From positions 1 to 34,757 of the forward strand of contig JAYZAC010000109.1 of the NCBI GenBank assembly GCA_036339875.1: DNA of 34,757 nt, written 5' to 3'. The notes beneath the pieces are model-generated. The model was not told where the DNA came from. It made no database searches and saw nothing but the letters and a program-made list of their open reading frames with translations. This document shows, one piece after another, positions 8,577 to 17,345 of this stretch. Within the stretch, counting starts at the first letter, position 1; the number at the start of each line of letters is the position of its first letter. The position numbers and the translations under genes are program-made. The DNA is from a bacterium (GTDB lineage: Bacteria > Muiribacteriota > UBA6191).

Positions 8577-9884
8577 ATGAGTCAGCCGTTGCAACTTCTG
8601 CACCGCACCTTTGGTCTAATTAGCACCGACTCTGATCTTGAAGAGTTGATAAAAGGCCATATGGATCCGGAGCATTTATCCAGCTTCACTTGTACAACCT
8701 TACCGGATCAGTCCAGATCCTTGGAGTATATTAGCTATGAACTTCCAGATCTACTTATTATTGATCTAGACAAACCAATTGAAGGTCTGGATGAGGTTCA
8801 GAAAGTACTCAAAGAAGATCCTTGGTTAATTGGAATAAGTGTCATTTGTATCGTAAAGGAGAATCAACCGCTCGACTTTTTGGATATCGCAAGAAAATTT
8901 AATCTCGTAGCTCTACTAGAAAAAAATGATTTCGAAAATATTCGGCGAGCATTACGAGTAATTATGAACGCACACAATATCATGATGGAAAGTCGCTCTA
9001 TGCTGCAATTTAAGGCTGAGCCCAGAGGCCGAATCCAGCTCAGTAATGATGTTGAAGCTGCCGAGCGCACTGCTAACCAAATTGCAACATTCTTATTAGA
9101 AACGGGAAGAATTGACCGCAATAAGTATTACAATCTTAACATGGGCCTTAGCGAACTTTTGATAAATGCTATAGAACACGGGAATTGTAATATTAGCTTT
9201 TCAGAAAAAACTGAACTTCTGGAAAGAGGTACCAACATGATTACCCACATTCGCGAACTTCAGAAGAATGAAGATATTTCCAAAAAATTTGTAACTCTAG
9301 ATTACGAATTATTTGATCAAAAATCGAATTGGGTCATTACTGATATGGGAAACGGTTTTGATCACAAGCAGTACCTAGATTCTAACCCAAAAAACCTGTT
9401 TCTTCCTCATGGTCGAGGAATCATGATGGCTCGCAATAGTAGTGATGAGCTGCATTATAATCAAGCTGGAAATCAAGTCACACTTGTTTGCTATCATGTA
9501 AGAGAAGAAGAGTTTAAGATTCCACTCGGTTTTCGAGGCCAGGAAGAAGTATCATGCCAAGTCGGTGAAAAGGTATTTAGTGAGGGCGAAGAGTCTTCAT
9601 ATCTGTACTACATTATCTCTGGAGAATTTGAAGTTAGTGTAACGGGAAAATCGGTCGGAATACTCAACCCATCCGATATGTTCATGGGTGAAATGTCTTT
9701 TTTGCTGAATCGAAGAAGAAGTGCTACTGTGATTGCCACACGACCCTCGCGCTTACTAAAAATTTCACAGAAAGAATTTATCAAAATCATAAAGCAATAT
9801 CCTAATTACATGCTTTTACTTTCACGTCTACTTGCCCAAAGACTTTCACGAAGCAATCTTAAACCGTCTCCATTCATTAACTGA
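8577..9884 (+). CDS. signalling protein: receiver-like domain + RsbW/SpoIIAB-type HATPase + cyclic-nucleotide-binding domain
   Basis: Receiver-like 'LPDLLIIDLD'; GHKL boxes N 'LSELLINAIEHGN', G1 'ITDMGNGFD' and G2 'HGRGIMMAR'; cNMP domain 'VFSEGEESSYLYYIISGEFEV..GEMSFLLNRRRSATVIA'. Confidence 0.88.
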   Translation: MSQPLQLLHRTFGLISTDSDLEELIKGHMDPEHLSSFTCTTLPDQSRSLEYISYELPDLLIIDLDKPIEGLDEVQKVLKEDPWLIGISVICIVKENQPLDFLDIARKFNLVALLEKNDFENIRRALRVIMNAHNIMMESRSMLQFKAEPRGRIQLSNDVEAAERTANQIATFLLETGRIDRNKYYNLNMGLSELLINAIEHGNCNISFSEKTELLERGTNMITHIRELQKNEDISKKFVTLDYELFDQKSNWVITDMGNGFDHKQYLDSNPKNLFLPHGRGIMMARNSSDELHYNQAGNQVTLVCYHVREEEFKIPLGFRGQEEVSCQVGEKVFSEGEESSYLYYIISGEFEVSVTGKSVGILNPSDMFMGEMSFLLNRRRSATVIATRPSRLLKISQKEFIKIIKQYPNYMLLLSRLLAQRLSRSNLKPSPFIN

Positions 9885-9903
9885 AAGCATTTAATTCCAA
9901 TTG

Positions 9904-12900
9904 TCACTTGAGGTCGTATTTCAAAATTCTACTTCTTGATTTTTCCAGTACATATAGGTCATCGTTGAAAAATTGTAGTTCTATTGGTGGAGTAAGGCGA
10001 CTCAATTGGTTTGTAGAACTTAAAACCGGATCAGTCGAAAGAATTTCCTGCTTCAATTTTACACCTTGAGTAAGTTCAGTAGGAATTTCATAAACTAAGA
10101 TTCTTTCCTCATCTACGATAGCCATTTCACTTCCCTTACAGTCAATTTCTGAAGGTGAAGTCAAATTCATGGGAGTACCACTTAAATTTAACAAAGTAGG
10201 AAATTCAAAGGTCCAATTATTCGGGAACGACTTTGTTCCCGATGGAAATCTCGCAATTGCCACTTCAGAGTTCCCCTGTCCAATAACTACAATACCAGAG
10301 GTATATGAGCATATACCTGTAGCAGTATTTAATGCCGTAATATTCGTACTAGGCAATGAACCAAATAAATTCGGAATGCTCTGATTCTGGAATGGAATAA
10401 TTTGAACACGAGGATCATCAGAACTGTCATGCTCAAGTACGAAGATAAGATTAGTATTATTATCTCTGACAAGCGTCATATCTATTACATCTTCAAAATT
10501 TTGTTGTCCTCGAAAGAGTGTGGATCTTTGAGGGCTTTCATCAATATTGTTAACAACTACCAGACGCTGAGAGTTAGCTATGGTCGCGGAGAAAAAACTA
10601 TTGTTTCGCTGCACCACATATTTCAAAGAATTAGGAGATTGTAAGTAAAAAAGTTCACTAGTAACGGTTTTAAATAGCTCTGCACTCGTATTGGTGTAAT
10701 TAACATTTAAAAAATTGGACAAGTCCTCAAATCCCTCATTATCCGCATAAATCATAGCTAAACTCGAGGTAAAATCCTGAATACCTACGGAACCTGTAGA
10801 ATCACCAGTAGATTGCCTACTTTCAGCGTTATCTTGAGATGTATAAAAATCTATAGAATCCAACTGATCATCAACCAGGAACCATTGATCATTTTTAACG
10901 CCAATTAGCGAGGGCTTCTTAATTCCTCCCAAACCATAAAAATTTTGACCAAAATAGCGGATAAACTCACCATTGGTACTAAAAACTGAAATTCTATTAC
11001 TTGACGAATCTGCTACATAGATTTCAGAAAACGTAGACTCATCAACAGCTCTGCGTCCTTTTATATAGGAGATATTTTCAAACTCCCCATCCCCAAATCC
11101 ATAACCACCAAATGATGTAATATTAGTTACCTCTGAACCACTAATATCTAGCTTATAAATTTCGGTTGCATTAGCAATATAAGCTACTGATCCACTCTGC
11201 TCAACATCCATCGCAACGGGAACAATACTAACTGTTAAACCAGTACTTATTGAAATAGCAGTAAGGCTGATTGATGGCAAGACTGAGAATCCTATGTCTA
11301 TATCAGGAGGAGTGTTATTGTATAGAAAACGAACAATTCTCTGTAAACCAGCATCAGCTAAAAAAACATATTCTTTTGATTGCGAAACCCCTCCCTCTGC
11401 ATTGAAGTCTTCGATATGAACTTGAGTAACAACAATTGCCCTAACCTGACTAGACAATCTTGCATTTTCGTCCACTGAATTACTAATCCCAGTCGAATCT
11501 GCGGCTCCACCATTAGACTCTTCCTCAGGGGTTATAGGACTTGAAAAACCATTCACATATCGAATCAATTGAGGAATGTTTGCATCTGTTGGTTTATAAG
11601 CATAGATAACACTTTCCAATTTAGGAGCAAATTTAATTAAGCTTCCCGTAGTAAAAGTGTCTGATTCATTCGAGAGGGCATTACTTCTCAAAACATGATA
11701 AGAGGAACCCGGAATAACGGTAGAGCCCTCAATCTTAAACTTGTTTAACAATGAAGGACTTGATTTCTCTTTAACAAATCGAACCGCTTCATAATTATTT
11801 GCTTGTTGCTCACCATCGGAGAACTTACCTAATACCACGATCGATTCGTCATTATTAAGCGTATCAGAAAAGTAGTCAAAATCTAGTAAATCAGTCATTG
11901 CACCATAATATGGCTGACTAATACTCTGATTACCTGTGAAAGTATTAATAGAAATAGCATTCAGTGAAAATTCCTCTATTATATCTAGTGAATGATCACC
12001 AACCACTACTTGATCTAAAAAATCGCCCCCGAATGCAATTCCAATAGGTTCTGGAAATTTTTCTCTGAGCGAGATCGTACTGTTAAAAATAGGAAAGACG
12101 GAGAAATCACGAACAACACTTGTAACGTTTCCAAAGTCATCAATCACATTCAGAGTCAATTGCTGATTTAGCCCTGCGGTTACCGTTACTATTATTTGAT
12201 AGTCAACACTAGAACTAGAGTCTAAAGTGACGAACTCGGACCAAGGTGATGTCAATGATCCAGAAGTTTCTAACTGAGTACTGACAAGATCAGCGGAATC
12301 AACGGAGATACCAGTGACTAGAGATAATTCATCTTCCGCCCGAAAGTTAATAGCAATTGAACCTCCAGTTACGTATTCCGAATTAGCCAAACTCACGCTA
12401 CTTACAACGGGCCCCATCGTATCTTTTTTGAAAATAAAAATATTACTTTTTCGAATGCTGGGCTTAGAATATTTGTCAAACTGATCTATCGAGTCATCAG
12501 CCAATGTTACCTGCATTGGCCAATAACCATCATGCTCCAAAACGACTTCAGCATTAAATGGCACTCTTGTTTGTCGGCCATTAGTTTGACTAATAAATGC
12601 GGGTACGGAGGTGGTCGTAATTTGAGTGAAGTTTACACCATTCGGAAGTAAAGTAGTTACTGAGCCAAGCCAACTTTCTTGCGATCTATCAGGCAAACTG
12701 GGATCACAACCTTGCTCGTTAAGATTACACATTCTCAACTTAAAACCATTGAAGTCATTTGGTGTATTCGACAGCAAGTCTATTCCAAAATTATCAATCA
12801 AATCGCCACTAAACTCAATGGCGCAAGTCGTAGAAGTACAATTTGTCACATTAATCACTTCTGTACCAGTCAAGGGCACATCAGGAGAACTACTATTGAA

Positions 12901-15900
12901 TATATATGGAGTGGAAAGTGTCAAGCCAGAAATAGAAGTTACGATCATACTTGGTGGTGTAATATCATTAAGATTTAATTTCACCAGTGGTGAGGAAGTC
13001 GTAAATGTTTCACGAAATCCAAACTCATCCTCTATATGTCCAGTAATCCAATTGGTACTCGCCTCTGATAAAGGTAAAGAGGCCGACCAATTAATATAAT
13101 TACTAGTAATTGGTATACATGTCTGTCCCGGACAAACCACAAAAGTAGTAATTCTTGAACGATCATCAGCAGAACCTAGTAAATCATATTGACTAGTTGT
13201 CACTGCATAAGACAGTGCCTCAGAGCCCCCACATCTTATCTGGCCTGTTTTAAGCTCTCCATTATCAGGACTAATAATGTTTACGCAAGGTGGAGAGTAA
13301 TCTATGGTACTTATTTGAAGAGTTATAGCAGAAAGAAGCTTGGCTGAGTCATTAGGATTTGTTGTACCGCTATTATTATTCTTTTTATCGATCGCTGTGA
13401 AAGTTATATCAGTGAGAGTTGATTCAGTTAAATCATCTATAGTTCGACTCCATGTGTAATGGATTCCATCTGTAGTCGCGAAGCTTGCGGTATCGCCATT
13501 AACTCGAATTATTGAGACGCCATTGACATCTTTTGCTACACCTTCGAACTTAATTGTATCTGTTGTAAGAGTTCCCATTAAGAAGTTCGTTGATGTACTA
13601 GTTACTGTCATTTCAATTGCTGGAGCTGCATTAAAGGTTGTGTGCATAGTACTAAAATTAAAAGAAGACTCCGAAATTAACGATGTTAAACTAGGTACAT
13701 TGCGCACCGAAGCGATCGTAATCTTCTTCAACTGTAATTTTGGAGGACTTGAATCAATTGATAGAACAGTTGCAGTTACTGGTTGAGAATTTTGATTACC
13801 ATAAATATCTTCAACGAAGAACTCCAAAAAATTCTCGACCCCCGGTTCCAAAGGTACCGATTCAATTCTCCAAGTACCAAAATTATCACCTGTATTGAAC
13901 GCTAAATAAGTCGTAAGATCTAAAGGATCCAAAGAAATATTTCTTACAAAAATCTTCTGAATTTGAGACGTATCGATAGCTGAACCAGTAAGGGTAATAT
14001 TTTTTAAGACACTTTCCGGATAGTCGGGTAAATTGCTGATTCGTAAGTCCTTCAGCGGTGGATTGAAAGATATTGTTGGAGCTTCATTATCTAAATCAAA
14101 AAAATTAGAAAATACACTATTACCTTTAATTACTCGATTGTCGGATTCATAAACGCTTAACTGTACGCGTACGTCGTCAATAGAACTCAATCCTAATGAA
14201 CCGCCTGGTCCAGGCTCGTCAATAGAGTGCCAATAAATTGTTGTTGTATATCCAGATGCACTACTTTGTAAGCCCAGTAAAAAGCCATCTGAAGGAAAAG
14301 TCGTTGCTAAACTCGCCGACGTAGGAATTGAGGAAATTGAAATTTTTGGAACACTTGTAGTCACAGTCAGATCAAATCCAGAAGTAAATTTAAATTCGAT
14401 ATCGACTGGTTGACTTTCAGGGTCTTTAACGGTTACTGATATAGGTATAATTCCACTGGTAACGTCTGGGATGACGTCTAGTTGAATTTCTGGAGCTAAA
14501 TTTTCAGGTTGAATACTATCAAGATTACCATCATAGGTTGTTGCACGAACTCTATACTGCGACTCCATAAAAAACTCAGGTAGATCCAACCTTTCTTCAA
14601 AACCCGCGACGTAATAAGAGTATGATAATACAACTGTAGCAGATAAACTTTCTGGTGAGTTTTTGACTACAAAATTGAAGTGATATAGTTCATCTCCTTT
14701 CAGAGGAAAATCACTAAATTCATATCTTCCTCCTGATTCAGCCAAAGCCGAAAAAGAAATTACTTGAGTGGACGTATTCGATTGAACCGTTGCTAGAACC
14801 GGAAAATTATCAGCCGTTGGTGAATTCGGATACTCATTTTTGAGGAACAAGACTCCACTAGCCACCACAGAAACCCTATTGGATTTAGCTACACTCAACC
14901 AAGGTAAAGTATTAATACTCATAGATTTCAAACTATCTGAATAAGATTGTAAAAAGTTATCAGTGGCAATACTCAAACCACTATGACTAACAAAGTTATT
15001 CCATAATTGATCCGTGTAAGCAGGTTCAAATCGTAAAACTCTCAAATTTTCATATCGTGGATTTTTACCTACAACCGTGCCTTGAACATCCTTATAAAAA
15101 CCTAATTGAGTTTGTAACGGGAAACTATGATTCAAAAGCATAGAAAACCAAGGAATTAATTGACTCAAATTTCGTTTAGTATCCAAGTTAACCTTTAAAC
15201 CATTCGATGGACCTTCCAAAGTTTTATAAATTGACTCGAAAGATTTCCTAACTAAATCAATTTTACGAGCAACTTTAGGCGTTCTAGTGAAAAGAGAATC
15301 AGAATTGCTTTGACTATTTCTAAAAACTAAATTGCGGGTAGCATTTATTGAAACGGGATCAGGATATCCATTATTAGGTGAAGTTATGGATTGTGATCGA
15401 TCAATCAATTTCGCATATTCACTCAAGTAAACATCTCTTATCATGGATAAATATACTTCTTCTGCTTCCAAGAGAGTTTCAAAGCTTTCATTAAAATCAG
15501 AATTGAAAGTTTGTTTTTCCCAGAAATCTGTAAATAAGTTAGAGGGTGCGTGGGCGCCACCATATACCTCGGGAATCTCAACAAGTTCTCCAAAAAAAGC
15601 TAATCCTCCCGAAACCTGTTGATCTTGAATTCTTTCGATAGAAAATCTACGCTGTAAATAAATATTGGCGCAAGCAGATATTACATCTCTAATACTTGCA
15701 AATAATTTTAGATCTTGTGTTTTGAGAACATCAATCGCTGCCAACGTAACCCATGGTCTTTTACCCAAGTCCTGAGCAATTAAAACTTTCTTCTCCTCTG
15801 ATTTAGATCCTGCCAAACCAAAAGAAGATAACTCTTCAAGACTAAATTCAATGACTCCTCCCGGAATAGGAAACAAATCTAGATCCTCGTTAGTAATCTG

Positions 15901-16995
15901 CGAGTCAAAATTTGATCGAATTGAAACTGAATCTACATTCGCCTTAAATTGAGGAGCTAAACTTTCTTCTAATTGTTGCCAGTGATCCTTGACGAAAATT
16001 TCACCGGAACCATTGCTTACTGCGAAACCAAACTCTAAAAAAGTATAAAATAATTGAAGTTTCCTTCTTCGCACTAAGGCATCAAAATCGGCACCAGCAG
16101 CGGGTAAACTTCTAGAAGTTATAGCATTTAACTTCAATTCTTCCTTGTTAACGGCAATTCTTTCCCATTCAGATTCAATTCCAGCCAAGCGATCGATTTC
16201 ATTCGCCCACTGCTGTCCAGCATTACGATTGTTCAATGAGGAAGTAATTAGATAGTCATTGACATTAAAATTAGAAAGAATAAATTTTTGCTGAATTTCC
16301 GTACGTCGATCGCTAAATTCTAAAACTAGTTTATTAAAGTCATTTTTCCAAACTTCGGTACTTATATCAGCATTATCAGATATTCCGCCAACTTTCTGAG
16401 CAACTTCCTCACGCAGATATCTTATTGCTCCATCAGAAACGAAGTTAATTGCAATACTATCCTCCACGGGAGAGCTGTTTTCATCAACTGTTACCAAACT
16501 ACTTAATTCATAATCATTGAAAGAAGCTCGTAAAATAAATGCTTCCTTCAAACCCTCGAAAATAGAGGTTTTTAATTGATTATCCGTAATACTGAATTGA
16601 CCATTACTATTTGTCTTAATAACCTCTCCAGACTTGAGTAGATTATTTTGAAAAAATAAATCAGATGACTTAAATAGTCCAATACTCGCGCCATTAACTC
16701 CCTGTACATTCTGAATTGTTTGGGCAATATTTAGTCTAAGATTCTGGTTTTTAGCGCTTACTTTTTGGATACTGGCATTTGCACCACCCGGAAATTGAAC
16801 TTGCCCTTGAAAAAAAACGACTGGAATATTATCACTAGGTGAGCCGTCACTGTTCAACGTATCGCCACCACTGAAACCGCCGCAGCCAGAAATAAAGATT
16901 AAAACAACCCAAAGCAAGCCGAAAACTGTTCGGCGAATATATGCATTGTTACAATCAATTGAAAAAGGCTTCATAACTATGAAAAGGATCGACAT
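9904..16995 (-). CDS. giant surface lipoprotein with Ig-like repeats and C-terminal NHL/beta-propeller repeats
   Basis: 2363-aa ORF with the lipobox 'VVLIFISG-C'. Ig-type linkers recur: NLAPEI, DNEAPTI, DSSPPKL, DYSPPCV, DITPPSM, DTMGPVV. NHL-like segment: 'GFGDGEFENISYI..IYVADSSSNRISVFSTNGEFIRYFG'. The start could be 16995 or 16974. Confidence 0.85.
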   Translation of the reverse strand: MSILFIVMKPFSIDCNNAYIRRTVFGLLWVVLIFISGCGGFSGGDTLNSDGSPSDNIPVVFFQGQVQFPGGANASIQKVSAKNQNLRLNIAQTIQNVQGVNGASIGLFKSSDLFFQNNLLKSGEVIKTNSNGQFSITDNQLKTSIFEGLKEAFILRASFNDYELSSLVTVDENSSPVEDSIAINFVSDGAIRYLREEVAQKVGGISDNADISTEVWKNDFNKLVLEFSDRRTEIQQKFILSNFNVNDYLITSSLNNRNAGQQWANEIDRLAGIESEWERIAVNKEELKLNAITSRSLPAAGADFDALVRRRKLQLFYTFLEFGFAVSNGSGEIFVKDHWQQLEESLAPQFKANVDSVSIRSNFDSQITNEDLDLFPIPGGVIEFSLEELSSFGLAGSKSEEKKVLIAQDLGKRPWVTLAAIDVLKTQDLKLFASIRDVISACANIYLQRRFSIERIQDQQVSGGLAFFGELVEIPEVYGGAHAPSNLFTDFWEKQTFNSDFNESFETLLEAEEVYLSMIRDVYLSEYAKLIDRSQSITSPNNGYPDPVSINATRNLVFRNSQSNSDSLFTRTPKVARKIDLVRKSFESIYKTLEGPSNGLKVNLDTKRNLSQLIPWFSMLLNHSFPLQTQLGFYKDVQGTVVGKNPRYENLRVLRFEPAYTDQLWNNFVSHSGLSIATDNFLQSYSDSLKSMSINTLPWLSVAKSNRVSVVASGVLFLKNEYPNSPTADNFPVLATVQSNTSTQVISFSALAESGGRYEFSDFPLKGDELYHFNFVVKNSPESLSATVVLSYSYYVAGFEERLDLPEFFMESQYRVRATTYDGNLDSIQPENLAPEIQLDVIPDVTSGIIPISVTVKDPESQPVDIEFKFTSGFDLTVTTSVPKISISSIPTSASLATTFPSDGFLLGLQSSASGYTTTIYWHSIDEPGPGGSLGLSSIDDVRVQLSVYESDNRVIKGNSVFSNFFDLDNEAPTISFNPPLKDLRISNLPDYPESVLKNITLTGSAIDTSQIQKIFVRNISLDPLDLTTYLAFNTGDNFGTWRIESVPLEPGVENFLEFFVEDIYGNQNSQPVTATVLSIDSSPPKLQLKKITIASVRNVPSLTSLISESSFNFSTMHTTFNAAPAIEMTVTSTSTNFLMGTLTTDTIKFEGVAKDVNGVSIIRVNGDTASFATTDGIHYTWSRTIDDLTESTLTDITFTAIDKKNNNSGTTNPNDSAKLLSAITLQISTIDYSPPCVNIISPDNGELKTGQIRCGGSEALSYAVTTSQYDLLGSADDRSRITTFVVCPGQTCIPITSNYINWSASLPLSEASTNWITGHIEDEFGFRETFTTSSPLVKLNLNDITPPSMIVTSISGLTLSTPYIFNSSSPDVPLTGTEVINVTNCTSTTCAIEFSGDLIDNFGIDLLSNTPNDFNGFKLRMCNLNEQGCDPSLPDRSQESWLGSVTTLLPNGVNFTQITTTSVPAFISQTNGRQTRVPFNAEVVLEHDGYWPMQVTLADDSIDQFDKYSKPSIRKSNIFIFKKDTMGPVVSSVSLANSEYVTGGSIAINFRAEDELSLVTGISVDSADLVSTQLETSGSLTSPWSEFVTLDSSSSVDYQIIVTVTAGLNQQLTLNVIDDFGNVTSVVRDFSVFPIFNSTISLREKFPEPIGIAFGGDFLDQVVVGDHSLDIIEEFSLNAISINTFTGNQSISQPYYGAMTDLLDFDYFSDTLNNDESIVVLGKFSDGEQQANNYEAVRFVKEKSSPSLLNKFKIEGSTVIPGSSYHVLRSNALSNESDTFTTGSLIKFAPKLESVIYAYKPTDANIPQLIRYVNGFSSPITPEEESNGGAADSTGISNSVDENARLSSQVRAIVVTQVHIEDFNAEGGVSQSKEYVFLADAGLQRIVRFLYNNTPPDIDIGFSVLPSISLTAISISTGLTVSIVPVAMDVEQSGSVAYIANATEIYKLDISGSEVTNITSFGGYGFGDGEFENISYIKGRRAVDESTFSEIYVADSSSNRISVFSTNGEFIRYFGQNFYGLGGIKKPSLIGVKNDQWFLVDDQLDSIDFYTSQDNAESRQSTGDSTGSVGIQDFTSSLAMIYADNEGFEDLSNFLNVNYTNTSAELFKTVTSELFYLQSPNSLKYVVQRNNSFFSATIANSQRLVVVNNIDESPQRSTLFRGQQNFEDVIDMTLVRDNNTNLIFVLEHDSSDDPRVQIIPFQNQSIPNLFGSLPSTNITALNTATGICSYTSGIVVIGQGNSEVAIARFPSGTKSFPNNWTFEFPTLLNLSGTPMNLTSPSEIDCKGSEMAIVDEERILVYEIPTELTQGVKLKQEILSTDPVLSSTNQLSRLTPPIELQFFNDDLYVLEKSRSRILKYDLK

Positions 16996-17154
16996 TTTAA
17001 CAAAATTTTTCCATATTGATTGAAAATTGTTTACATTATCTTCTAAAGGCTTAATCAGAAATGGTTTTACACCTGTTACGAAGCTTTGATATTCTTAGAA
17101 CTCCGACAGTTTAGTAGCATAACCATTCAAAAAGTTAGTTACTTGGAAATACAG

Positions 17155-17343
17155 ATGAATCAAACCAAAAAAATTAAAGCGAGACCATCCTGTTACGGCT
17201 GTTTACACTTTAAGATAACTTGGGAGCAAGGGTTTCCCTATGCTTGCAAATTATACGAATTCAAAAGTCGTAATATGCCGCGTTTTGAAATAAAAAAAAA
17301 TTCGGGAGCAGATTGTCTCTCGTACCATAAAAAAAATAAATAA
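17155..17343 (+). CDS. small Cys4 putative metal-binding protein
   Basis: Start at ATG 17155 gives 62 aa: 'SCYGCLHFKITWEQGFPYACKLYEFKSRNMP..SGADCLSY', i.e. CX2CX14CX22C with ITW/FKS/SG motifs. I recall this as a conserved small-protein family often labelled 'uracil-DNA glycosylase'. Confidence 0.75.
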   Translation: MNQTKKIKARPSCYGCLHFKITWEQGFPYACKLYEFKSRNMPRFEIKKNSGADCLSYHKKNK

Positions 17344-17345
17344 TT

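Noticed and set aside
10169..13786. Plus-strand ORFs inside the giant lipoprotein gene (10169, 10402, 12626, 12679, 13523)
   Set aside because: Antisense shadow ORFs with no RBS or recognisable motifs.
17292..17337. Poly-A runs (8-9 nt) here and near 24880 and 34100 as phase-variation tracts
   Set aside because: Expected in AT-rich DNA and Lys codons; the reading frames are intact.
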